A model generated the notes under the pieces. It saw only the letters and a program-made list of their open reading frames with translations. It ran no database searches and was not told where the DNA came from. From contig NC_068997.1 in NCBI RefSeq assembly GCF_001194135.2, positions 5,171,605-5,233,923 of the forward strand: a stretch of DNA of 62,319 bases, given 5' to 3'. Origin of the DNA: Octopus bimaculoides (taxonomy: Eukaryota). Both the position numbers and the translations under genes were made by a program. Positions 35,326 through 49,291 of the stretch are shown here, in pieces (within the stretch, counting starts at the first letter, position 1; every line of letters begins with the position of its first letter).

Positions 35326-36125
35326 CATGTTTATATATTGTGCATATTTTTATAAACATATACATGCACAGTTATTCTGACATACAGAAACTAGTTAATA
35401 GGCCCACATACACTTTAAAACATCATTAGATAATAGATGTAACAACAAACAGTGTATTCTGCATGTATGTATACATATATATATACACAGTTATGCAGAT
35501 ATGTACAAACCAATTAAAAAGCAGATAGATATACATCATTAAATTACAGCTATATAATAATAGATGGGTTTTAGTTTAAATGTCTTGCCAACTGGGTCAG
35601 AAGCTGCAATATCAGGACAAATGGTAAACTGGATTGTGGGCAATATTGCAAGCAGCTAAATGAATAATTTAATTCTATTATTGGTTTTGTTCATTGCCTG
35701 CGATCATACTGGAATCATGCCATTAAAATTACAATCGATTACACCAACTTGCTTCAAATAGAATAATGTGTTCAACATAGAACCATGTTTTAAGCTGCAT
35801 GCAAATTGCTGGGCCAAATTTGTCCAAACCTCTCTCCAGAAGTCTCAACATGAAATACCACAGACAGTTATCATTGTTAGCTGTGAAGACAGACTGGCTT
35901 CAATTGGATGCTGACATAATTTGTTTAGCTGGTATTTATTTATATTATTAATTAGTGAGAATATATGAAAAATGCTTAGACAAGTCAGAGTCAGTCTTAG
36001 CAAAACAGGAAGGAATGCTTTTATTGTCTTGCTGTTATTCCCAAGCACACTGTCCAATAAATTAACACTGCCTACCATCCATGCTTCATTTATACATGTG
36101 TGTAATTAAATATGTATTTATACAT

Positions 36126-36164
<39 letters not shown>

Positions 36165-37924
36165 TTTCATTTTTTGCCAGTTACAATGTGAGTAAAACAA
36201 AACTTCTGAAAGAAACAAAAATATATCAGAAATTCATTGTCTTTTCCTACCAGCCACCACCCAATTCAACAGCAAAGTTGAGAAAATGATATTTACAGAC
36301 ATTATTATAAACATCAATTTCTGTTAGGAAAGAGAAACAGGTCTACTTACAAGACCACACTTACATACACACATGCACTGCAACTATCATTTACTGAGTG
36401 GCTCCCAAAGGTTGTCCATTCTGCCTCTTCTTCAGAACTCCTCAGACTATAACCTAGCTGGCTCCAACTGGTGTTTTATAATGTCTGCTTTTGTGTTAGT
36501 GGTTAAATGTCAGATGAGAAACCCTTTCTAAACAATTGCTGGCTATGAAGGCAATAATAACCTATGTTGCCAAAAAGTTATGTATCTGTAAAAGAAAGAG
36601 TCCCAGCAAGTAAACTAACCTCAATATATCACTGGTACTTTATTTAACCAATAATTCCCATCTCCCAACAAAATAAAATGTAAAATCCACCCTGGCAGGA
36701 TTTGAACTTAGAACACTAAAGGATATAACTAAACATTTAATCCACCTGACCACCACCATTGTCTATTTGATTATTCAACTAAGGAACATAAACCAACAAT
36801 GGTAGCTGTAGCACCATTTAGCCTTAGACTAACCTTGATAGGCCAGACCTATGATCAATCCAAGATTACATTATTCAATGTGGTTGTCTCTTTTAAAGAT
36901 GCTAGGGTATGACTTGGCAGCTATTTTCAGCAAAATGAATGACCACATCGATGCTCCCCTAGTGGTTTGTATATGTGTGTGAATATATGACTATATACAG
37001 CAGCTATATATGAAAAAGGCTTCCTGGGCAGTGTGTGTGTGCTCAACTGAGAACATGGCCAATATAGTCCAGGAAACAGATCAAACAGATCAAGCTCAAA
37101 AGCTTTTATATCTAGTCAATAATTCTATTTACCAAGACCTTAGCATCACAAACAGTGATGTCTAGCTAGGATAAGAAGATTCTAAGCTGGTGTCAACACT
37201 ATCACTAGTTATTGCCAGGAAATTTAAATGGAAAAGTGATGAAAGAAAAGAAATGAGTGGGGGCAGATAAAAAAAATTATATTGGCTGTAACATAAAAAT
37301 TGTTTTTGTGTCCATGTATTTCTCTGCATGTGTGAATGCTTGAATGTTTGCATGTGCAAAGCATTGAAGATCATTGTTATATATACTTGTAATAGAAAAT
37401 TATTCTATTTTTGAAAACAAAGTCAAACATGCAAATACAAGGAGTACATGTAGGAGAAAGAAGGAGTACACCTAGGGGAGAATATTTATAGCACTAGCAC
37501 ACCATCACTGAAACTGGGTATTTGGATTTATACAACATTCATGGCAAAGAAAATCAGTTTAATCCTGTTTGGCTACCATTTTCCCATTTGTTTGGATGAC
37601 TGGCAAAATATAGCCATTAATACTCAGTCCCATGGAGCAGCACCTTGGGCAAGTCACCATCATTACCATTTAACATCTTATATATGTGTGTGTGTATGCT
37701 TGTCTTGACATTGTATGCTAACTGCAAGCAAACATGATCATCATACAAGCAGTATCTTCATTTCTAGTCTTCTGTGAAAAGCACATCAGGCCATGGGGAA
37801 ATATTACCTTGCTTGGAAACAAGTGAGAGTTAGCAAACAGTTGTGGAAAACCTGCCTTAACAAGTTCCATCTGACATGCAAGCATAGAAAAGTGGACATA
37901 TGATGATGATTATAATTATTATGG

Positions 37925-38515
37925 TAAACTAGCAGGACTGTTGTTTTGAGTTCAAATTCTGTCATGAACTTCAATTTTTATCTTTCCAGGGTCAATAAAA
38001 TAAAACACTGGTCAAATTCTCAAAATTGCTGGCCTTGTACTTAATTCTGAAACCATTATTAAGGTCACATGTTAGAAGAATTGTTAAAGCATTGGCAAAA
38101 TCCTTAGCATTATTATTTCCATTATATTCTGAGTTCAAATCCTGCTGAAGTCAGCTTTGCCCTTCATCCTTTTAGGGTCAATAAAATAACATACCAGTCA
38201 AGTACTGGTAGTAGTGTTATCGAATTACCTACTCTCCTCAAAATTGCCAATCCTGTGCCTAAGTCAAAAACCATTATCATCATCATTATTACTATTAAGG
38301 CAGCAAGCTGGAAGAATTGTTAGAGTATCAGGTAAAATGCTTAGTGGCATTTATTCTGAATCTATTTTGAGTTCAATTCTGCAGAGATAGACTTTGCCTT
38401 TCATCCCTTCAAGGTCAATAAAATTTAAGTACCAGTTGAATACTGGGCATGACGTTACTGACTTATGCCTCACTCAAAATTTCAGGCTGTGTTTATAGTA
38501 GAAAGAATTACTATT
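37925..38515 (+). mobile_element. Head-to-tail array of about 3 decayed SINE copies
   Basis: Same unit as 23400-24505, CpG-depleted. Confidence 0.75.
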
Positions 38516-39188
38516 ATTGAGGTTGTCACTTCAGAAATAATAGGTTATGTGACTAAAGGTGCCCAGAGTTGTTTTGATCAAGGTCAGCCCTGATGCAATG
38601 GACTTTATATTAAAGATATTCCATCTTTGACCAGCCATATTTAGTTGGAAATAGTGTATCTAATGCATCCTTCATTTTCTTTCTAAAGTCTGTGTGGTGT
38701 GCTGAAGATTTAGACTTTATTTCTAGTGCATCAAGCAACCACATGGAAGCTTCCTTGGTTTAATCCACCAAATAAAGCAAGTACCAGTAATATATTATCC
38801 CACAAACTTCTAAAATATTGAGTGAGCTGTCAGATATAATAGATCAATAGTTATAAAAGCTTTAAAAAGGTATTTTATCTATTGCTTTACTGATTCTATC
38901 ATCTCCAAAAGTATGATGGGGTCTGTTACACATCAATAACAGACATTCTTTTTGTTGTCTAACAAAATATGCTAGATGTATAAAAAACAAAAAAGAAAGA
39001 AAAAGAAAACCCATGCAAATATCAAAATGAAACTTTTATAAATTAGCCAACAAGAACTTATAAGAATTACCCTGAATTCCACCCTTATATAATAGCTTTT
39101 TAATCTTGGACATTCCAAAAAGTCATAATAGAGTTTAAATGGTTTATGACTAAACTTTCTTCCTAACTAATGTGTGTGTGTGTGTATG

Positions 39189-39230
<42 letters not shown>

Positions 39231-40469
39231 TTAGGTATAACGTTAATCACTGTAGACGGTATTTAGGTAGGATATGTAGTAATCAACCAAATGGACTTAA
39301 TATATTACTGGTGCCTGTTTTATAGACCTTGGAGAATAAAAGGCAGAATTAATACTGACAACATATAACACTAAATGTGCTAACACCATTATTATCAATG
39401 TCGAAAAGCTTAACCCTACATACACAGAGAGAGTTTATGCATAAATCTATCCACCTGCTTTACACAACTGTTTCAGTGTTGTGGAAATTAGTTGCAAGAA
39501 ATGTTTTGATTTTGTGTGTGTGTGTGTGTTAGAATAAACACAGAAAAATATATAAACTACAAAGTAAAAACCCTTATTCCTTTATATTTTCAATTTCAAA
39601 ATAAAATTAAAGTAGAAAATGCAAAAACTGAAAGCTTTGCTGTTATGCCAGACAGTGAAAGTAAAAGTTGTTTGGAGGAGTTAAAGGAATCAGGGAGTGG
39701 AAGGAGCAGTTTAAATTTATTCGTTTTTATGCTTGTGTTTCCATGTTAGCATAGGTTGGACAAATATTCATTATTGAGACATTGCTTATAGCAGGATACG
39801 CTTTCTATTGCTAACCATTTTTTTTTTCTGTTTTTCCAAGAGAAGTATTTTTATACCACAAGTCTTTGAAAGTGCAGAGCTAGGAGAAAATTGTAGACAG
39901 GGAACAACAAACTTCACTACTTCTAGTTAAGCACTTTTCACACATACACACACACACATATATACTTAATCATTTATTTAATAATATACATGAAAATGGC
40001 AAAATGTTGCAACATCTCTTGTAGGATGAGAACACTGCGTCTACTGTAAACCATACAGAAATGTTAACCACTAACCCCAAAGTGACACCACAATTGTCAA
40101 CTGCCTAAATAAGCAGACTTCATACTATTTCTAGCTTTTAAATTCCACCAACAAAGCACTGGTCGACTGATCCCCAAACCACATGCCCGAGACAAACTTC
40201 TTAACCATCCTTGTGCCTTTAACTATAAATAATAAAATACATTACATTTTCACATAAACCCTAACTCTAAACTACCCCTACACACACGTGTACTGTAGTT
40301 TGGTGCTAGTTTCCAGGTATTTAAAGGAGAGAGAGAAATCCTGACTGGCTGAGCTGATCAACCACTACAGAAGGAGCGCACTGAATATCTATGTCCAAAA
40401 AATTAGACATGATCATAAAACCCTACTACAAATCCAACAAATATCTTTTTCAATATCTCTAAGCAAAGT

Positions 40470-40505
<36 letters not shown>

Positions 40506-41117
40506 TGCAACACAAAACTCTATAAGAATGTGTTAGCATTTTCTGGTGTTTTACATGAAAAACAAATGTTTAACTATATGCTTTATACCTACACACAATT
40601 GTAACAAGAAGAGAGTTAAATTGCAAGGTGTTCACAAACTGTGCCATGACCTGGCAGTGTTTGGAAGAAATACAAAAAAAAAAAAGTTTCACCAATTTCA
40701 GACCAAACATTTTTTGGTAAATAAGGAACACAATTCATAATCCCTCTAATTTTTATTCTATTTTCTTCCAGACCTTAGAAAAAGGTTCACATCTCACCAA
40801 TGACTATTTTGATTTTTTTTTTCAAATATAATTTACGTTATCATCATTGCCAGGAAAAATATTTTAGGACACAAAATCGTGATTTAATATTGAGGTGAGC
40901 AGAAGAGAGTGAGATTGTATGAGAAAAGTGATTGTTTCCTATGTTAAAAGACACATATCTTGGCTGAATGCCCTTCCAGTTCGCAGTTATACAATTTGGA
41001 GCAGCCAGAGTTATGGGCCTTACACTGTGGCACAATAACAGGAGTAAACCAAGTTTGAACTCGTTAGCATCTGGCCACTAGCTCAACACAATCATTGTGT
41101 GTGTATATGTGTGTGTA

Positions 41118-41154
<37 letters not shown>

Positions 41155-44100
41155 ATTGCATAATTATTGAGCGCACAAAAGCTTGGCTGTCGCTCACATG
41201 CAAGTATGGTATAACCTTAGTAACTTGTACCATATATGCACAAGTTGTTTTAGGTGTCTACACAATCACAAACTAGCAATACTTTTGACTTAGAGGAATG
41301 TAAAATAATGTGAGAGAGAAAGACAGAATTTCAACGGAACAAGGCTGGTAGTGTCAGCAAAGTAGACTAGAGCAACATGGAATGAAGTGCCTTGTTCAAG
41401 GATACAACAAGCTGCATTGTCCAGGAACTGATCCCATGCTCTTACGATGATGAGCTTGAAGTACATCAGAAGAACAAGAGGAAGAAGACAATTAAAAATT
41501 TTAACCATAACCAGTACAGACACTCCTACATAATCACATATTTTATACATACACATATATACACAGTGTTGATTGTTGGAAAGATGTGCACCCAATAGCA
41601 TAGTCGATATTGATAATATATTTTATTTTGATTGAACCTCTTGCTACTTTGAATTTTGCCTGTGGGTGCACAGGCAAGTTATGACTTGTCGCAGTAAGAA
41701 AGTGACTCAATCAAATAAAATATATATCCTATATATACATATATGCACAAATGAAGGTATATTCTTCATTTAAAACTTTCTGTTTCTCAATGATGTCAGA
41801 AGTACCAAAGGGCAATTAAAATCAACTACAGAGAAGAACGGTAGATAAATCTCAAGAACTAAGATTTCTCCAACAGTGTCATGACAAACTTATTGTCTCG
41901 AGATAGTCACAAACATTTGTTTCTGCCTCAATAGGTGTCATCAGCATTAGAATTGTCATTACCTATCCCGAGCAGTCAAGGGACATTACCCATGGTGACA
42001 AAAGTATACTTCCTAAGTTACTCATCATATGACTGGTTGCACTATATACACACACACACACACACACATTATTAGTTTTTCACACAAACTAAGAAGTAAG
42101 TTATTACAAAAATACTTTGATGATTGATACTAAACAGCTAAAGACAGAAAAAAATAAAAGCTTCAGGTAAAACTGCTATGATTGGTAACATCGCCAAAAT
42201 ATCCACCACAAACCTGTTGCCTACATTATGGAGCCATAATAGAATATATCTTCTGGTTCCGTTATGGAAGAATAGTAAAGTCATACATAAATATTATAAT
42301 TTCAATGTGGCCTACTGTGAAGGACATAGAATGATGTGGTGAAATTTATATACTCAAATGAAAGCAAGACTAGATTGAAGGTCTTCTATGGATAGATAAT
42401 TGTGTTAATGGAAGCCTAAGATAGACATTGAATGTTATTCAAAGATTTCTTCTAAACACTTGTAAATTGACAATTCAGACAAGAATAGAAATAGGGTTGC
42501 CAGATCAAATAATGGAAATAGCTGAATAACAAAATGTTCAAGTCTTCATATTTAAATTACACAATGAAGAGATCACAGCAGATAAAACTGTCACAAAATT
42601 TCAACTACAACAGTAAAAACACTTAACCTTCAAAAACAATTACACTACAGCCTATACCATTCATTATATTTTGAACATCAAACTACAAGTTTCAAGACAC
42701 ATATTGGTGTAAAAAGTGTGGTAAAATTCTAATTACAAATAGTTGAATACTCTAATAGATTTCTTTAGATGGAGAGAGAGAGAGAGAGAGAAATACAGAA
42801 AATTCTAATAAAGTGGGTTTTATATAAGGAACTAGAAAAATAGGGAAAAATTGGAATTAAATAATTTTAAAAGCTGCAGTGAGTGAAGTCTGTTAGAAAT
42901 TTTGTTTGACAATCTAATCTTGTCTGAAGACAATATTGGTTAGGATTTATCTATTAATAAATTGTTTACTAAGGAGGGAAGGCAGTGCTCATGTTCTGAT
43001 ATTGGCAAGACAGAGGGAGCGAGGAAGGGACGGTAGGGGAAGGTCTCCTACTGCCAAACTAGAAACCAGGCTTGATTGCATCCAAAAGTGTAGACTCAGC
43101 TAGAAGCACCCAAGGTGGGCCTTTAGTAAAGGTTGTGGTGTGACACCATAGACCAAACAATAGATTAAGTCTAACACTCAAGAATGCCATCACCAGGTTT
43201 AAACTCAGAATGCAAAGAGCCAGAATAAATACAGCAAAATCAGCCCATCCAACACAAATAATTCCATCAATCCGCTGTAGCAGATTAGTACTTTATTTAT
43301 TGAGCCCCAGAAGGATAAAAGGCAAAAATGACTTCAGAGGGAACTGAACTCGCAATGCAAGAAGCTGAAATAAAATCTCTATTTCATCAGATGTTCTCAC
43401 ATTTCTGCCACTTTATCACATAAAGGGTTGTCCTGTTCAGAAATAGTTTTACCAACATATACTATAATAATTACTTTAAAGGAAACTGTGATGGCTACAG
43501 TAAGCTGCTGGATATCATTTCATTAAACAGTTTAATCAAAATAACCGATTCCTAATTTAGTAGAGAAAAACACTATAAAGAATTGTGTTGCCAGTACAAT
43601 TCTAAAGAACAGCAAACCAACAAATAAGTAGTAGTAGCAGTGATGGTGGTGGTAGTAGTAGTAATGGCTGTAGCAGCAGCAGCAGCAGTGGTGGTGGTGG
43701 TAGAAAAGAGTATTCTTTTAAAACAAAAATATTTTTAGAAAGAATATATTCGTTCCCTGAAAACTGACAGGAAAACTTCGTTTTCTAATGTTCAATTAGC
43801 AAATATTTACCTGAGGTAGATTTTTATATACAATAAACTGATAGGCAAATGTCACAATTGATTTTAAATGTCACAGAAGCCTAGACTAAGCTGTAATTAA
43901 AAAAAAAAAAAATTACATTCATTTTTTGGAAAAGTGAATCTGAAAGCACATAAAGCTATAAATGATAGATGTAGGTTTGAGTGCCACAGACAGATTTTGA
44001 CTTTTTCTATCCAAAGTGGGTTTTTAACCCAATATTTACAGCTGTGCTTCGAGATCTACTGTTCTAAAAAAGAATATTTCACATCCTCTCAAAAATTCAT

Positions 44101-44177
44101 AAAATTATTATGACATCAACAATATACAATTTTTGCTAGTAAGAATAAAATTTCTAAAATGGATAGAGAAATTTGAA

Positions 44178-44251
44178 GGACTGCTTTGGTACAATAGTAG
44201 AATGCCTGTCATGTCCACAGGAGATGTGGGTTCGATTCCCACAGGCTGCCA
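44178..44251 (+). pseudogene. tRNA-like pseudogene or SINE head
   Basis: Perfect T-arm GTGGG-TTCGATT-CCCAC, anticodon-like stem CCTGT/ACAGG and an A-box-like TGGTACAATAGTAG; acceptor stem does not pair. Confidence 0.6.
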
Positions 44252-44892
44252 TCAACTTTTTCTATCCAATTGTTTCTCAATCCAATATTTATTTACATGG
44301 TATATTTATAGCTTTAAATGCTTTGAGACCCACTGTTCCAAAAAAGAATTATTTTACAATCTTTTGAAAGTTTAGAAAATTCTTATGACATCAACAATAT
44401 ATAAACTGATGAGCAACCAACTAGCATCAATAATTAGAAAATTTTAAAGGAAAAAAATAAATAAAACAAAATAGATAAAATATTGTTTTACATTTCCTGT
44501 GAAATATGCAAAATAAATAAAATAAAATTGAGGAAAGAACTGGTCTAATAAGTTGAATATTTAAAAATAATAAATAAGTAAATTAGAGTAAATATCTCAT
44601 TAAGAAATTGCTTCCACAATTAGGTCTTATTTCAAAGATGGCAGGTATTGTTATAAAACCTTATTGTTAAAATATGCAGCATCAGTTGCAGGGTGTCATC
44701 AGAGCTGAACATCAAACAGGATTTACAGTCTTCTCTGTCCCTTTCTAAACTTCATATAAAATCTTTGAATTAAACACAGAAGCAGAAATAAATTTGGGAC
44801 AACTGGGTATTTTCATATTACATATGAATAATTAATCAAAAAAGGAAACTAATAATCAATTATATGTATATGTGCATGCACATATATAGGGC

Positions 44893-44925
<33 letters not shown>

Positions 44926-47381
44926 GTGCTCCATGTTCCATGGTGGTACCATGTGATTCTTCTCAGTGCCCCTGAGAAGAAAAAAAAGAGTTCTAAAATA
45001 TTGGTACCACTGCAAGCCATATACATACATGAGAATATTTTACTCTGTACACACCCCTGTATCAACTTATTAATTGTACAACAGGTTGTCTCAGACTTCT
45101 GATGAAGAACCTAATATGTACATACACATACAAACATATATATGTATGCATGTATGATATGTTGCAAAATATTAGATTTGTAGAGAGCAAAAAAAAAAAA
45201 AAAGAAAAAGAGGAGGAAAATGGAACCAAATCTGAAGACAAACCCATACCTCTGACAACATCGTTGCAACTCACAAACTCAGCTGTTATATAGGTGATCT
45301 TTCCATTTATTACCCTGAAAATAAATTTAAGAATAGATTTTTTTTCTTTTTTTCTGTTCTAATTATAATTTATTTTTAGTGTTTGCTTTATTTTAAAAGT
45401 TGTGTATGTATGTGTGTGTGTGTGCATATATATATACTATGGTTTTCTTCTCCGATTCAGTGAGGCATTAAGCTAACATTGAAAGATCTCAAAGAGGTTT
45501 TCTTAGTTTGGAAAGCTGTCACAAAGTACATGCAATCAGTTCATGGTGCTATAAATAAAAGTTTTAGCAACTGTCTGGCATGAGAGAAGTTCAGGGGCAA
45601 GGGGCTTAAGGAAGATGTGGAGAATATTAAATGAATGCAGTAGCAAGCTCCAGGAGAAACTGTAACAGCTATTTAGCCACAAAGGAGTGCCTAAATAAGT
45701 AATCGCCAACATCTCAATAACAAATAACCTTAAAGGTGGTAAGTCTATGAGCAAGGGTACCACTATGTGGTTGTTTAGCCTGCAAGAAATAGCAGTTTAA
45801 TCTCTTTCAAATCACAGCATTCCATCCTAAGGAAAGAAGGACAAAAGATAATGTATTCCTAGATAAAATATGCCTGAATATAAGATGGGATAGTCATGAC
45901 AGGAATACCTTTGGCCATAGGCATGTCTGCTCAGTCAGGGTAAAATAACATTAAAGCTAAATCCATGGAGAATTAATTACATTAACTAATCAGAATTTAT
46001 AACAAAAACAGTTGTACAATAGGATGTCAGGCTGATAGAGGCTCAGTAATTCACATCCTGAAATAACAATGCAGCTACATTGTTTCCATAGCGGCAATAG
46101 TAACTCATGTATCAATAACTTGATTATCTAATGTACCACCAGCAGGTATATTTCACACCCAAACAGCAAGAGCATTGTAGAATTAAGAAATGTTTCCCAT
46201 TAGTTTGTAGCATTGGAAAGTATTGTTGATCTCAAATGGATGAAATGCTGTTTCAACCCCAGCAAACACAGAAGAATTAAAGTAAATATTTACAAAATAT
46301 TTACTTTGATCTTCCACTATTTACATCACTTCATTGTCCTTTTTTTCTTTCTAAACAATTATGACTGCTACTAATTAAGAAATCAAATTTTCATGAGTCT
46401 TTTACAAATGACGAGCACAAATGTAAGAGTCTGTAACTCTCGGTTACTAATGTTGAAAAGAAAAAGAAAAAACTGTAAAAAAAAAAATACTTCATCTATA
46501 AATAAGTTGGAGCAAAATATCTTCATTCCAGACCATTCAACCTGGACTGAGAGAGGAGGTGAGAAATTAGAAAAAAAAAGAAAAAAAAGAAAACTTTAAA
46601 TTATTTGTTTTTGTTTTGTCTTGTTTTAAAAATTCATGATTTTTCACAGGAGCAGGAATTCAAATTTATAGATTCACATCAACAGCAATATGGTGACATA
46701 ATTAGATGCAATGTCCATTTAGTTTAATCAAAGTACTAAATCAGGTAAGTCTAATATTATCCTCTAAATTTTCCAGTACAGCTAAAGTAAAAGAAAAGGC
46801 TGAGCATTATCATCATCATCACCATCTAAAATAATGGTCTTAAATTTTGCCACAAGGGCAGCAGTTTTGGAGGAGGGGGTAAGTCAATTACATCAACTCA
46901 GGTGTTCAACTGGTACTTATTTTATCGACCCCAAGAGGATGAAAAGTAGAGTCGACTTCGGCAGAATTTGAACTCAGAACATAGTGATGGGCAAAATACT
47001 GCTAAGCATTCCGTCCAGCTTGCTATCAATTCTGCCAGCCCGCTGCCTTATCACCATCTAAAATAATGAGATTGGTTCTATCTCATCTTATATCTCATTG
47101 CTACAAAAATCCTACACCTCAATTCTCCCGTCCTTCACATGGACATCACCAACACCATCATAAATGACTACTATCTTTAGTGCGAGCTAGAGAAGAAATT
47201 TAATTTAAAGACAATTTTGGCATGCAGAAATCAATCAGCAGCTCACATTCAAACATTTCATTTTGTTTAAAGACATTCAAATATATTTAAAGTAAAAAAA
47301 AAAAATTCTATGTAACAATAAAGCAACATTGTACTTCATAAAGACAACCTACTCACCCAACCATTATAAATAGATCCATGA

Positions 47382-47427
<46 letters not shown>

Positions 47428-48239
47428 CACACACACCACACAAGACCCTGCCTTTTTATACTTTCTACAAAAACACATCAAAATCAAAAATCCATGACTT
47501 CTTAAAGCCAGACAACTCATTAACAATGTTGTTTTCATCTAACAACTGTTAATTTGATGAAAACCTAGAATACAATTTTAAAATCATTTACTGAAGCTAG
47601 TGCTCCAGTCTGGCTACACAAATAACAACCTTAAAGCTGACAAGCCTATGTGTGAGGGTGCTGCTATATGCTTGTTCAATCTGCTAGAAATAGCAGTCTA
47701 ATCTCTTTCAAATCACAGCCTTCCATCTTAAGGAAAGGACATTAATGGATGTAGTCCTAGACAAACTAACCCTGAATAAAAGACAGGATGGCCATAGCCA
47801 GAATGCTTTTCATTGTAGGTCTGCCTGCTCAGTTAAGGTGAAACAAACTACAATGCTAAAGTTATATTCACAGAGAATTAATTATATTAATTAATCACAT
47901 TTTATGACAAAAACAATTATTTTTTAAAATCATTTTACAAACATTATTAGTTGAGATAACTAACCCTTCTCTATTGAAATACTATATTCTAGAATTTAAA
48001 AAAAGGTGTGTTGAAGTGTAATTGTAATTAAGCAAGGATTTGGAATGGAACTGATGTTCTTGCCAGGCATTTAAACACCCAGTCTTCAGTGATGCTAGTT
48101 GTAACAATAACTCTTTCTAGAAGACCTGAAATTTTGGGGGTTGGCTTTAGTTGAATACATTGCCCCAGTACTTGACTGGTACTTGTTTTATCAACACTGA
48201 ATAACAATTATAATGATGATGATGCAAAGTGACAGAAAA

Positions 48240-48615
48240 ACAGTATGAACACAAGCCAAAGGGTGAGTAATAATTACAGGATTTCTCCAAAACGACTGAC
48301 CATACTATTGAAACAAGGAGACTAGAATGATTATAGAGAACAAACAACAAACATACACAAACTTTGCAATCATATGATAATAAAGCAGATATCAAAGAAA
48401 TTGAGAAATAACAGGACCTAGCCAGAGAGATTAAGAGACTGTGGAAGAGAAGAGTGACACTTGCTTATGTGGTAACTGGTACACTTGGCACAACACCCAA
48501 ATTGCAGAGACTGAAGAATATTGGAACTGAGAGAAGTTTCGTAGACCTGCAGAAAAGTGCAATTTTGCATTCTGCCAGGTAAGACTGCTAAGATTCTTGA
48601 GATTTGAGGAGACTT
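48240..48615 (+). mobile_element. R4/Dong-like non-LTR C-terminal remnant
   Basis: QDLAREIKRLWK...GTLGTTPKLQRLKNIGTERSFVDLQKSAILHSAR; related to 15320-15630. Confidence 0.7.
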
Positions 48616-49205
48616 GTCACCAAACCTCAAGAAACATCTCTGCTAACTAATGTAGCATATACTAGATATAAGAGAATAACAAAAGCAATTTTTTTCTAAT
48701 TTGGCACAAGGTCAGCAATTTTGAGGGGGGGGGGTAGATTGATTAAATTGTCCCCAGTACTTGACTAGTACTTTATAAATGATAATAATAATAATCCTTT
48801 CTACTAAAGGCACAAGGCCTGAAATTTTTGGGGAAAGGACTAGTTGATTACATTGACCCTAGAATTTCACTGGTACTTAATTTATTAACCCTGAAAGGAT
48901 AAAACGCAAAATTGACCTCAGCAGAATTTGAACTTGGAAGGTAAGGACGGACAAAATGCTGCTAAGCATATCGCCTGGCGTTGCTAATGATTCTGCCAGT
49001 TAAGAACCTAAGCACTGGAAACAATTGAAAGAGTAAAATGAAGCCAGATACTGAAAGATATTCCAGGGAAATAAAATTGCAACTAATTGATGGAGAGCTT
49101 TATCTTGCAATAACTAAAATACTAGGGACATAACTTGTAAAGTCACGGGGTTTTTATTCTGTAAATGGGAATAACTGAAATTTTGTGTTATGGAATGAAA
49201 TAACC

Positions 49206-49291
<86 letters not shown>

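Noticed and set aside
44178-44251. Functional tRNA gene
   Set aside because: Acceptor stem does not pair and the anticodon loop (CATGTCC) is non-canonical; kept only as a pseudogene or SINE head.
45250-45282. Possible 33-nt minus-strand microexon (ACAG...GAG|GTATGG)
   Set aside because: Weak polypyrimidine tract, no partner exons and no recognisable protein similarity.
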